Under the pieces are notes generated by a model. It had not been told where the DNA came from. It ran no database searches and saw only the letters and a program-made list of their open reading frames with translations. The translations under genes were made by a program, and so were the position numbers. 64,000 nucleotides of DNA, from contig JABANN010000066.1 in NCBI GenBank assembly GCA_013115125.1, positions 1 through 64,000 on the forward strand, read 5' to 3'. Position 1 is the first letter of the stretch. Each line of letters begins with the position of its first letter. The stretch comes from Perkinsus olseni. Its lineage: Eukaryota. Below are positions 1 to 11,523 of this stretch, piece after piece.

Positions 1-816
1 CTGCGTATCAAGTCTCTGGTATTGATAACGACCCACTGCCGTTCGAGCCTGTCAACCATGCCTTCGCTGGCCGCAATGGCGGATCTTATCTCGATCATCG
101 CTACCCGTGGTGGGGGGCCTCTGAAGGACCCAGCCACGGGAGAAATCAACGCCGACCATCCGATGTTGCGATTGCTCTTCCCGAAGAAATGGCGCCACGA
201 GAATAAGTAGTGATATAACTGACTGCGAATACTCACCCATTCAGTCACGATATTTAATCCAGGGAGAAGATCGTCGAGGCCTTCGCTCGGGTTGACCGGG
301 AGGAACTGCCACCCGATGTCTCTAGCGAGCACAAGAAAGTCCCATTGACATCGCCGGCTGATGCTCTGAAGCAAATCATTGGCTTGCTTAACCATTCGGT
401 CGGCGAAGATGGAATCGAGAAATTTCACAAGACCCTCCGTGTAGGTGGCAAGTTGGGGTCGCCACAGGATCTCCCGTTCTTTGCGGCAGGGAACTGTCAG
501 ATTATCAGATCAATGTGGCTTCGACTTCGCCAGCTCAGTGCGTCGCTCGTGTATCTTGTTCGGTCCTTCGTCCTAGTCATTGATACATGCTCAGATGCCG
601 ATGTTGATAATATACGGTGGAAAGGACAAGTTGGTACCACCTGAGTCGTCGAGACGGATAGCTCGTCGCGCTGTACCTGAGCTCACGACTGTTGTGGAGC
701 TTCCCGAATCAGGACATGCTCTCATGCTGCAGTGCGAGGAGGAGTTGCACGCAATTCTGGAGGAGCACTTTCGGAAGATTGATGATTGTCTTGTAGCTGA
801 CGTGTCCAGGCTATGA
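1..816 (+). CDS. Alpha/beta-fold hydrolase, 3' part (spliced, runs off window start)
   Basis: Terminal exon PMLIIYGGKDKLVPPESSRRIA...VVELPESGHALMLQ carries the Asp and His catalytic-triad motifs; stop at 814-816. Confidence 0.75.
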
Positions 817-1041
817 CTTCGCAGTAGACCTCTACTGAACTACTTTTTTTATGTTGATATGAGATCTTTCACGTAGCTGGCTTTACTGAGTTATCAGTAT
901 TTTGGGGAGATAATGGTGTTGCTGGTCTTTAGTGGAGACACCAGAATTCGATTGCTTACAGAACTAACTCAACTCTAAGCAACAGTAGCACTTCTGCAAC
1001 ATCAACATCGGCCATCGTCATGTTACAACACGAGCGAGAAC

Positions 1042-2181
1042 TCATGTAAGAATGAACCCAATGGCTTTGTTATCGACGTCAAAGCGGATGGATCGGCCTC
1101 TAAAAATCGGCATGCCAAAGACCCAGCTTGGCCAGACCTTTGCTGAGATAAGGCATGTGTGGCCCGAGGGAGCTAGTACAGGGGCGACGAGGTGCCGCTT
1201 GGGGATAGTGAGGAGCATCGTACGAGCAAGTCCTGTATAAAAGCGGACCGACAGGTCAGGCACGTACTCGGTGTCATCACAGTCAATCAACAGGCCGTAT
1301 TCGTTCCTCTTATGGTCAGGATTCCCCCGGTGTGTCTTTCTCCAGTTTCTTGTGAATACTGAGAAGAGTTTATCCACAAAAAGCTGTGGCGCCGCTACAC
1401 CCGGAGATCCAGAGTCAATCAGGACCGACGAATTCACTCGGATGTTATGGGGAGACCGACCGACCGCGTGAATGAACACACGAGCAACCGAGACGTCCCA
1501 TTTCTGCGATTTATACGGTATGCTTGTTAGAGGCAAATAAACCAGCGAGCCGGTCTCTGTGGGGCTCCGTGGTTTTAAGGAGCCAATGACCAGCTTACCA
1601 CCACCATCGTTGTCAACAGTTATAGTAAAGCCAGTCTTATTAATAACCTTTGCCGCCAGAAGTTGCTCCAGGAAAGTGTCTGAGCCTCGACGAGGGAAGC
1701 CGAAGCCCAGCAAAGAGTGTACATCCTCCCCTCGGTTCTTTAGGAGACCTTCCGGTGTGATGTACCACGCATCAGTAACAACCCCAAACCTCATATTCAC
1801 AGCTGTCTGCGCGGCTGATGTGAAGGAAACATCACCTCTGACTGCGTAGATACGTTTCATCAACGAGTTAGAATAACCCTTATCTTCTAGCGTCCCGTTC
1901 TTCATCGCTCTGAGTTCCTGCGGACCAAGTCTGTAACACTCTTTGAAGTACGTTCTTCGGCATCGTTTTTCATAAAAGTTTTGACCAACACCATGGAAGC
2001 TGATGGTGCCAGTGTCGATCGCCAAATCCACGATCTGCGCGCTGATGTTGAGACGAGCGTACAGAAGTGATTCGCCATCCATCAACGGTAAGGTTATCAC
2101 ACCCATCGCATTACCCACGGCAGCACTGAAAGTGAGGAGACATGACCACCTCAGCATACTCTCGATAGCTTGGAGTGCCAA
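1042..2181 (-). CDS. Secreted pepsin-like (A1) aspartyl protease, intronless
   Basis: 379-aa ORF with hydrophobic N-terminus, two catalytic motifs (LAIDTGT, VLIDSGS) and C-terminal WVFGMPIFR...FDVDNKAIGF typical of A1 proteases. Confidence 0.88.
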   Translation of the reverse strand: MALQAIESMLRWSCLLTFSAAVGNAMGVITLPLMDGESLLYARLNISAQIVDLAIDTGTISFHGVGQNFYEKRCRRTYFKECYRLGPQELRAMKNGTLEDKGYSNSLMKRIYAVRGDVSFTSAAQTAVNMRFGVVTDAWYITPEGLLKNRGEDVHSLLGFGFPRRGSDTFLEQLLAAKVINKTGFTITVDNDGGGKLVIGSLKPRSPTETGSLVYLPLTSIPYKSQKWDVSVARVFIHAVGRSPHNIRVNSSVLIDSGSPGVAAPQLFVDKLFSVFTRNWRKTHRGNPDHKRNEYGLLIDCDDTEYVPDLSVRFYTGLARTMLLTIPKRHLVAPVLAPSGHTCLISAKVWPSWVFGMPIFRGRSIRFDVDNKAIGFILT

Positions 2182-2370
2182 TGCGATAAAGATTGTCGGA
2201 AATTCATTTTCGCGCGTTAACTACCCAATTCCGATCTTCGTGCAATTCTCATGCACCACACTCACTACCACTGACTCAACATGTGTCGAAGACGTATGAA
2301 ACGACCATTGTCATGCACTCTACGGCCATTACGATGGATATTGAGTCGACTACGTAAATAGACTTCAAAC

Positions 2371-3465
2371 TTAACGGTAGGTGCCCAATGGAGCATCATC
2401 ACATGTACTTGGATTGCACGGTTGATTCCCATGCTTACACACGGGCACTGTCAGCCACCACTTGCAGTAAGTAGGCAAATTACCCGACAACGCGGGGTTT
2501 TGGTCAGCACAATACATATCACACCTGACGTTTGGGCCGCTATGGCGATCACCATCGACCGGGGAGACCGTTGATGGCGTATCAATCGATATATACTCAG
2601 TAGTTGTAGCACACTCACCGACTCCGCAAGGCTGATCGCCGCCTTTACACACAGCAACGGCTTTCCACCACTTACAATACGAACCATCACCATTGAGACC
2701 GGAACAGTAGGCATCGCACTCCCTAGAAGGGCCAGGGTGTGCTCCAGGGGCCGGGGTAGGCGTCTTGGGCTCCGGCCAATCCTGTGACCTGCACTCGCCT
2801 ACATCACCACATGGTTGATCACCGCCATGACAAACTGGAGTGTCCATCCACCACTTGCAGTACGATAGAATGTTGTTCATGCTCTTGCACATATAATCAC
2901 ACTCAGGATGATGAAGGCCGTCAACCGCTGGTGTCGTAACGGTCTCATCACTAGGGCGGGTAGTGGGCGAAAAATGCGAGTCGCTGCTACAGAGATCGAG
3001 AGTCCCGCACGGCTGATTACCACCCTTACACACCGGCTCCTTGAACCACCACTTGCAGTAGGAGTTGGCGCCGTTAACAGTTTCACAATACGCATCGCAA
3101 GCATATCGGATGTCATTCGCGCCAGGGACAGTAGTCACAGTGGTGGTAGCAGCAGCGGTTGTGGTAGCAGCAGCGATTGTGGTAGACAACGGACTGATCG
3201 ATGTGGGTGACACCGTAGTCTGCACGGACTCGAGAGTGAGAGTAGTTGCTTCGACACCGACAGAAGGGACAGGACCATCACCGCAGGCTTGATCACCTCC
3301 TTGGCAAAGCATTGGCTCCAGCTCGTACTTGCAGTAGCTCTCCGGACCATTCTTGTACTTGCAGTAGTCGTCCCACTCGGGAATGTTCTCCGGCGGCGTC
3401 AAGGAGTTCGCAAACGGTGGATCTTGCCCAGCCACGCCCACAAGCAGGAAAGTGACACTACGCAT
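2371..3465 (-). CDS. Secreted Cys-rich repeat protein with Thr/Pro-rich linkers, intronless
   Basis: 364-aa ORF with short signal peptide and five copies of a module like CDxYCxxxNGxxSYCKWWxxxxVCxGGDQPC. Confidence 0.85.
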   Translation of the reverse strand: MRSVTFLLVGVAGQDPPFANSLTPPENIPEWDDYCKYKNGPESYCKYELEPMLCQGGDQACGDGPVPSVGVEATTLTLESVQTTVSPTSISPLSTTIAAATTTAAATTTVTTVPGANDIRYACDAYCETVNGANSYCKWWFKEPVCKGGNQPCGTLDLCSSDSHFSPTTRPSDETVTTPAVDGLHHPECDYMCKSMNNILSYCKWWMDTPVCHGGDQPCGDVGECRSQDWPEPKTPTPAPGAHPGPSRECDAYCSGLNGDGSYCKWWKAVAVCKGGDQPCGVGECATTTEYISIDTPSTVSPVDGDRHSGPNVRCDMYCADQNPALSGNLPTYCKWWLTVPVCKHGNQPCNPSTCDDAPLGTYR

Positions 3466-3903
3466 TGGGAAAGAGCTTCAAACCAGCTCGACGAGTAAGG
3501 TAACGAAGGAATCTAACCGTTACTGATCCGCCCCACGGGCGGGCGAGAAAAAGCCGCGTAACGGCCGTCAAATTCCACGGGAAAATGACTCCCCGTGTAC
3601 ACTCTTACCGAACCCATCTCGGAGCACAGAATAAGTTCGAATGCCCTATTCGCCTCTCCGTTATTGCAAGAACGCTTCCCCAACTGCCTTAAACGCTTCG
3701 AATGCAGTAATGGAAGCGTTCTTGAAATCAAGGAGAGTTCCATCGAGCGCCGCGAATCCACAGCCACGGACGCAAGGGAAGCGACCACAAGGCGTGCCCG
3801 TCCTCGGGAAAAGTCCCACTTCATCAACGCGGCACCGGGAGTGTTCGAGAATTGATACGTGGTGGTATAACGATTGGGCTCGGGAAACAGCAGAGAGCGG
3901 CAA

Positions 3904-4416
3904 TCAAGGGTCCTGCATCAACTCCTCAACCTTCCAATCCTCATACCTGATCATGCAGGAATCACCAACGCCCTCGGGATGAGCACTCCTACGTCCCGTC
4001 AGGCAGGAACCTCCGCACGATAAAGGGGATGACCTTGGCCACCAGCTCCTTCTCGGCGATGGCCATGGGGTCCGTCTCGCCCTCAGTGTCCACCATCACG
4101 GGAGCGTTCATAGAGATCTGCAGCGCCCTAGTGCCGATTATTCGAGCACGTTCGTATCTAAGGTCAAAGCTTGCGCTTCACGGGTTTTCCACACTATCTA
4201 CTTGGTCATATAAGGAGAGGTCCTCCTAGGCCCCTCAGCTTCACGCGCCACGAAATCATCGTCCTTTGGTTGGGTCGGCACTCGGCCGCTGGTAATGATA
4301 TCGCCGCTTCCGCTGCCGCCAGCCACTTCTTCGTCGGCGTTGAGGTCCGGCATCAAGTCGTCCTCATCGACCTCAAGATCCTCTTCGGGATGCGAGCCTC
4401 CGCCTAGATCTGCCAT
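3904..4416 (-). CDS. RPB6: RNA polymerase I/II/III common subunit RPB6 (3 exons)
   Basis: Spliced translation: acidic N-terminus, [31 protein letters not shown]...[10 protein letters not shown]...[22 protein letters not shown]; two GT-AG introns. Confidence 0.95.
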
Positions 4417-4684
4417 TACTATCAAATACCAACTTTTCCGCAACTCATTCCTCCCTTCCACTATTAACTGCCAACCCAATATAAAGCTCCTCTGTCCCTC
4501 TTCGCAGCCTAATACACTAAAGCCATTGCTGTTCGAGTGCATCCACGATTCTGACAGGAACGACATCAAAGTCACTGCGAACGCGTATCGATCGTCAGGG
4601 CGCACGCTAGATCGTCGCATCTGAATGAATTCGCCAAATTCACCAGAGATCATCGTCCACTGCTGCCGTGTAGTTGTTGCTAGT

Positions 4685-7176
4685 ATGGCTGCTGCTACTG
4701 GGTTGGTGAAGTCCATCCACAGTGATGTGGCCGTGTATGATTTGGCCGCGGGCAAGTCGACGCCGCAGTTCATGGAGGAGGCCCGGAAAACGAACAAGTC
4801 CCTGCGGTATGATAGTGAATATAGGAGGAGGCTTGAACTGTTACAGGACTTCGAGTTCCCTACCACAAGCACCACGTAGTATCCTTAGGCTGACCATGCA
4901 AGATACAAAATAGGTCAAGTTGTTGACACTTTCAGAGTCCGTGTGTCGCCTGATGGATCATGCATATTGGCCACTGGTGTATACCCTCCCGAGATCCGTC
5001 TCTATGAGACAGCCGAGCTCGGATTGAAGTGTGCCCGGCGGTTGGACCAGGAGGCCATCGACGCCATCTTCCTCGGAGATGACTACAAGAAGCTCGCCAT
5101 ACTAGGGTCGGACAGGACTATCGAATTCCACGCTCAATACGGCAAGCACCATACGCTAAGGGTAGTACTGGGATCTGCGCGCGGCCTTCGGTGGACAGTC
5201 TCGGAAAAATTCGACAAGCGGTGTATTTCTGATGGCTCTACTGCCTTGGCGTGTGGTAGAGAATTCGAATGGGCGACATGAGCTTTTACAGTAGTAGTCT
5301 AAGTTTTCCTATCACGGTGACAGCCAGTTCGTGATGAAGTTCTCGGAAAACCATGACTAATTTATAGTTGCATCTTAGAGTAGTGTAGCCCTTTAGGTTC
5401 CCAAGTTCGGCAGGAACCTGCAGTACGACCGGAACACCTGTTTGTTATACGTAACATCCTCGACCAATGAGATCTACCGACTTGACCTCGAGGAGGGTAT
5501 CTTTGCTGCACCCTTGCTTGCCAGGAACATGGACTTCGTGAGTAAGGCATGGATCGACCTAAGATACGCTCCAAGTCATCGCTCTATCAGATGCCTCAGC
5601 ATTGGCCCCTAATGGCGCGCCTCTCCTTCTCTTCGGTGGCTCGGATGGTCAAGTCCAAATCATGGACACTCGGGAGGGTCCCTCGGCCGTCGCCTCCGGC
5701 GTCCAAGCCCCCGCTGAGGTCCGCTCGGTGGCCTGGAGCCTTCCTGACTGCCTGCAAGTGGCGGCCGGGGACATTTCCGGGCGCGTGACGGTTTGGGACA
5801 TCCGATCGAGCCGGCCTCTAGCGGAGAGAGATCATCGGAATGGCGTCCCAGTGCACACGGTGCAGTGGCATTCAAGGGGCGTCTTATGTTCTTCTGATTC
5901 ACGCACGATCACCTTCTGGAAGCCCGACGCGCATCGATCGGAAATCGTCACTTCGATTCCCTCCAAGACAGCTATCAACAGCGTCGCCCTGTGGCCTGGG
6001 TCGGGTATTATTTTCGCGGCGCGTGACGAGCCCCGAATTGGAACGTATTTCGTGCCGGAGTTGGGAGTGGCTCCTGAGTGGTGTGGCTTCTTGGACGGTC
6101 TCACTGAGGAGATGGAGGAGACTACCACTGGTGCCGTCACTAGTGTCTATGACGATTATGTATTTGTTACTAAGAAGGATCTCCAGCAGCTCAGCGGGGC
6201 TGATAGCCTTATCGGCACTAGCCTGCTCAAGGCCTACATGCATGGTTACTGGATGGACAGACGTCTTCATGATAAGCTCGTAAAGGTAGTAGTGAGTGAC
6301 TTTATCAGTTCCCATGGGGCATGGCGTCCTTTTCTACTTTTCCATCTCTGCCCGCCCTCGCTTGTGCTACGTAGGAGGACTCATTGTGCCGGAAGTATCC
6401 TCGCTGTTCCTCACTGTAAAGTTTTTCGCGAGGCGCAGCAAGTGTCGAACGTCTTTTCCCCTGTCATTCTTGTCGGTTTTTTCCGGGCCGACTGATCGGC
6501 ATCGTCACTTTCTCTGTCGTTTTCTACAGGAATCGACCCTAGTCGATCTGGTTGATATCCTCTTCCCTCTCTCAGCTCTCCGATTCCTCCACGTTCTCAC
6601 TGGCCGAGCATGAGAAGGAGCGTATTCAGGAAGCAGTTGACGCGAAGCGACCCATGCGCCGGCCTGCTCCGAAACAAGTGGCAAAGCCTAAGGTAGTGGT
6701 AGAATATGGTGTGGCTTCCGGTGCCCAGGGGTATCTTAGGTTAACGCTCGTCTGTTGGAGAAGGCTACATCAGAGTCGGCCAAGCAGGTCTTGGAGGATG
6801 ATAGGTTCGCTAAGTTGTTCAGCAACAAGGACTTTGAGATTGAGGAAGTCAGGGAAGGTACTATTGGGTTCGAATTGGAGTATTCTCATGGCTGATTGTT
6901 CAACATATTCTCGCAGATGAAGTGGAAGCGGCGCTCCATGATGCTCCCGCGCCAACCGGTGTTATGTCGACAGAAGCTCTCTCCTCCACGGGGGAGGCAG
7001 CCGATGGCGAGCAGAGGCCAAGAGGGAAGGGCAAAGGAAAGGGGAAGGGCAGAGGCAAAGGAAAGGGAAAGGGAAAGGGAAAGGGAAAGGGAAAGGGAAA
7101 GGGAAAGGGAAAGGGAAAGGGAAAGGGAAAGGGAAAAGGGAAGGGAAAAGGAAAGGGGAGGCGAGGGGGATTCTAG
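4685..7176 (+). CDS. NOL10: Nucleolar protein 10 / Enp2 (WD40 + NUC153), multi-exon
   Basis: [84 protein letters not shown]153-like [17 protein letters not shown]; last exon ends in (GK)n-RRGGF. Confidence 0.93.
7024..7157 (+). repeat. (GGAAAG)n-type coding microsatellite giving a Gly-Lys dipeptide run
   Basis: Purine-rich hexamer tandem array directly visible, in frame with the last NOL10 exon. Confidence 0.95.
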
Positions 7177-7377
7177 AGCCCTTCAATACGTTAACAACAG
7201 TTGTCCATTAACCTTTACTACGTTTCTACTCGTAATTTCTGTGAACTGAGTAGGGGGTCGGAGAACTTTCTCATAGGGAAGGGCGGATTCGGATTCTTCG
7301 TTCGCTGTGCTTTTACCGTCTACTTCGTCCGTGGTGATGTTTTTTCCCGTGGGTTGAAGTTGGGCTTGTTGTCCTCG

Positions 7378-10300
7378 ATGGTGCATCAACACAAGTCAAG
7401 CTCCGGTTTACGGCAGACCAACAAGCCACATAGCAGTAAGAAGGTCCTGGGCAAGGGACGAAGGACTCCCGTGAAGGTCACTAAGGTCGGGAGTAAAGAT
7501 ATTAGCAAACAGGACAGGCGGAACCAAGCCCGGCAGCTGAGGGACAACAGAAGGCAATCGATAATAGCGAAAAGGAGGGTTGCTCAGGGGAAGGAGGGGG
7601 CGAAGGGGCCGCTGAACGTAGCGCTAATAGCGTTCCATGGTGATGTGGATATGCGTAGGGTTTGGGGGTGCTTTGCGAATGAGATGGTATGGAAGGAGGA
7701 CGGAGTTAATGTAGCTGACGTTGGAGGTGTGAGGATCATTGCCTCTCCTTTGAGGACGATACACAGCTGCTTGGATACGGTATTGGCCAGTGATGTGATG
7801 GTGGGCGTGTTTGTGTGTGATAGGCTGTGCGATCATGAGCATAGTGCTTTTGATGATCTGGGATACGACATACTTACCAATTTGAAAATGAATGTAAGTG
7901 AGTAATCGAAAGGTCCCTGGTTCGAATCCTGGTGGGTGTATCATTAGGGTATGCCTGGTGAAGTGATTGGTGTGACGGCTCCTTCCAAGAATACAGGAGG
8001 GGATTTACTTTCTGGGAGACAACTCGATCTCAGTCTTAAGACTGTTCAAAGGTAGTGAAGTTTTGTTCTCGTTTTCCGATCTGGGAAACTGAGGAATACT
8101 AAAATAGAGTACTAGTAGTAGTAATAAAAGGAGTACAAAAAAATCTGCATCTTATTGTGTGATCTCCGATGACTAGAATGGTTCATAGCACCGTTGGTAG
8201 TTGCCACTGACCGTGTCGGTAGTAGCGTGTGTCCCTGTCATCGCAGGTATCTCCGTTCGGAGCTGCCTCGGGCACAGGGTAAGGTTTATAACCTGCCGAA
8301 GGACTCGGACACGTTTGTGAAGGGACTGCAGGCATGTGTGGGGACGAATGATGAGGGCATGAAGTGGAGAGAGGAAAGGGTAGGGACATCTGCGGGAGGT
8401 CCCGAGTTCGAACCCTGGTCTCGTCATTATTCCAGGGTTATATGATAGTAGATCGTATCGAGCCAGAGGCAGGTCAGCCCAGTGGCCATTGGGCTGTATC
8501 GGGATGGGTGAAGGGGATGGGTTTCGCCTGCAACTACGGGGAGACTCCTGAGGACGGTGAAGGGGCTTGTGTGCACATCACTGGCTACGGGGACGCGGTG
8601 TTGGAGGGCATCACTGGCAGCGCGGGGGAACTGGTAATGGGGAATTTCGTGGTGCGTGACGGATGAGATGAGCTTGAGATGCTCTCGGTATTGCTGTGAA
8701 TGTCAGATTGACCGGCGTTTGTATGATGTGGCTCAGAGGCTGAGACCTTATGACCCGAGCGACGAGGAACAGACTTGGCCTACAGAGGAGGAGCTCAACG
8801 AAGCCAGCCGAAGAATGATTAAAATGCCTCAAGGTGTTAAGGGTTTGGTTCATCTTTTTGGAGGGCGTGGGTTCGATCCTTAGATGGTTCATTTTTATTC
8901 TCGTCAGATGCTGGTCTCAGCGAATTTGAGGTCGCCTGGCTAGGAGAGGAGGCTGACGAGGAGGGTGATGACCAAATGATGCTTGATGATAACGAGGTGG
9001 TAGTGGTTTCGAGGGTCGTGATGGGTGGAGGCGAGCTCGGAAGGATGTTATAAACACAGCGCAGTGGCATGAATTTTCGAGTCGTTATTCGAGGCGCGCA
9101 CGTCCCGTGATGGGTATAACCGCTTTTTGACTGACTGAGTGGTGGTGGTAATAGTATCAGTATTCCCGTGAGCGTCACGGTCGATAGCGCTAAGATTCCG
9201 ATGAGGTTGATATATATCGTGTGGCCAACAGTACTGCGGTTGTTGGTCTCAGGTCGCGGCAGCTGCGGACGGCAAGACTACCGAACAGCAGGTGGAAGCT
9301 AAGCATTCGATTGAGATGGAGATGCGATCGAAGGAGGAGATGGACTTCCCTGATGAGGTTGATACGCCTTGTGATAAGCCTGCTAGACAGAGGTGATGTC
9401 GGGTGCAGGGATCGATCCGGAGACCTCTATGACCAGCTCGCATGGTTTCTTGGCCGTGAATCGTCAAAGGGCTATGACATGCGAAGCGACGACTGAATGC
9501 TCGCTTGAGGACCACTTAGTCCTGAAAACGCCTTACCTTGCATAAGGTTTTCCTTTCCGCTCCGCAGGCCTTCTCTCGTGATTTGTTGTCTCATCGTGCC
9601 CTTGAGCATGAGGCACTCCGTACCGCCTCGTGCTAGGTTCCAAAAGTATCGTGGTATGCAGTCCCTTCGTACCAGCGCATGGGACCCTTATGAGAGCCTT
9701 CCCACAGAGTACAGTCGTATATGGGAGTTCGAGAGCTTCCAAGCTACGGCCAAGGCTGCTAAGACCGAGTACAAGAACGGCATCAAGGCAGAGGCGAAGG
9801 CGGGGCAGTAAGGAGGGAATGATAATTTCGTGGCGCGTGACGCTGATGGGAGTTCAATATATGCTCAACTCCTCGGATTCGCTCCTCAGTTACGTGACCC
9901 TGCACATTTCTGGTATGGAAGGTCTCTCCTTCGATAACCGCGTGCCCTTGGTGGTCTCATCCCTCTTCCGCCATGAAACCCGGGTGACCGTCATGCACGC
10001 CAGCCTTAGTCGGACGCCTGAGTAAGAGCAACTTTGACTAATTTCGTGGCGAGTGACGCTGTTGTTGGCAGGACGGATGATGTTGTTATGAAGTCGAAGG
10101 AGTTGGTGCTCTTGCGCTGCGGCTTCCGAAGTCTTCCCGCTAGGCCGACCTACGCCAGCGTGAGTTTAACATCATCGCCATGGAAGGGGAGTGAGGCAAT
10201 GGTTTCTCAGAATATCCGAGGTTCTGGTGGCCCGGGAGGTGGTGCTGACGAGAAGGGTAGGATGCTCAGGTTCTTCCAACCCAATGCTAAGTCCACGACT

Positions 10301-11117
10301 CTGGCGTGGTAAGCGGGAAGAGGCGGGCTGTTGTCTCTCGGTAGTTGAACAAAATGCTGTATTGCAGTAGCAGGCGGGTTTTTCTAGTGCAGAGGTGGGA
10401 AAGGTGTGCGATCTCGTGGCGCGGGAGAATAGTAGCGAGTGTCGTCCCTCTGGCATGGCGTTGTGGTTTCCCGCGCGCCACGAAAGTATATCGGGTGCCA
10501 GCAGGAGCCGACTCTCTGATCTTGCATTCATCGCTGCTGGTTCGTCGTATGCCGTGGTAACGATAATCTTTGAAAGGGGTTGATCGATGTCCCGGAGTGT
10601 CCTCTCCGTACAACTCACGCGAGCCGCAAAATTCCTGTTCCTTTGCCTTGTTAGTTTCTACGCTCCAGTGATGTTCCCTCCTGCGCCATGCCTGATGTAT
10701 ACACCAGATGGCCAACGTCTAACCGCCTGGGGGAGTATTGAGGGCTCTTTCCCGGCTAAGGTCCTTATTAAGAGGATTGTCCTCACAGGGTGAGCATCGA
10801 CTTGACCTATTTCGTATCTTGCAAGGTTGCGAGATAGATACCCCTACCGCGCACACAAGAGCAGGTCAGTCGTCCGCTTCATGTTCTTCAACCCTGATGA
10901 TATCAATTGGTTCAAGCCAGTCGAGCTGCAGTCAAAGAAGGGCCTCCGAGGGCACATCACTGAGGCCTTGGGAACTCACGGTTACATGAAGTGCCGTTTC
11001 AACGGTCAAGTGACGCAGGACGACACCATCATGATGCCTCTATATAAGAGGGCCTTCCCTAAGTGGTACCCACCGGCCTGGGGGATGGCGGACACGTACA
11101 AGCCCACTGACCAGTAG
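7378..11117 (+). CDS. TSR1: Pre-rRNA processing protein TSR1 (40S maturation factor), multi-exon
   Basis: N-terminal [63 protein letters not shown]-terminal [20 protein letters not shown]...[17 protein letters not shown]...LYKRAFPKW. Confidence 0.94.
7894..7947 (+). other. TSR1 intron containing a tRNA 3'-half-like fragment (Phe/Asn-like)
   Basis: 54-nt GT-AG intron containing AAAGGTCCCTGGTTCGAATCCTGG. Confidence 0.7.
8380..8435 (+). other. TSR1 intron containing a tRNA 3'-half-like fragment (Pro-like)
   Basis: 56-nt GT-AG intron containing TGCGGGAGGTCCCGAGTTCGAACCCTGG. Confidence 0.6.
8834..8907 (+). other. TSR1 intron containing a tRNA 3'-half-like fragment (Leu-like)
   Basis: 74-nt GT-AG intron containing TCTTTTTGGAGGGCGTGGGTTCGATCC. 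Confidence 0.6.
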
Positions 11118-11523
11118 CTGCTGCTGCTGCTGTTGTTGTATATTCCTACTACCAACGATGTTTCTTCTCTCGCTGAGGTCGGAGGGTTGGGTTTGTAGTG
11201 ACTCTGGGTTATGCATGAGCGGAGCGAAGCAAATATCGACGAAATCTTCAATAGACGGTATGGCTTACTACGCTCGGTAGGCCTTGGAATGCTGTCGGAG
11301 ATGTAAGCTCAACGGCATCAACGGTGCTCACTGTGGTACAAGTTAGCTGGGCATGTGCCTTGCTAGCACTCGATGGCCAGAGTGGGCATCTTAGGGGCAC
11401 CGATGCTTCATATCTACCTTGTTCTTGGCGTACCAGTCTTTAGCAGTTTCAGCGTGCTTCCGCTGCGACTGAAAGGAGGGACGGGGTTGATGGGGATGAA
11501 CTCAGAGTTTGCGGGGTTTGGAG

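Noticed and set aside
4198-4875. 225-aa minus-strand ORF as one gene
   Set aside because: Only its 3' part is RPB6 exon 1; the rest is intergenic DNA and antisense to NOL10.
6858-6916. GGGTTCGAATT in a NOL10 intron
   Set aside because: Only the core motif with no stem; compatible with chance.
6962-7249. (FP)n and (RE)n repeat ORFs, or a CRISPR-like array
   Set aside because: Alternative frames of the GGAAAG microsatellite; no spacers.
7894-8907. Complete tRNA genes at the GTTCGA motifs
   Set aside because: No A-box/D-arm or acceptor stem; the introns are too short or too degenerate, so reported only as fragments.
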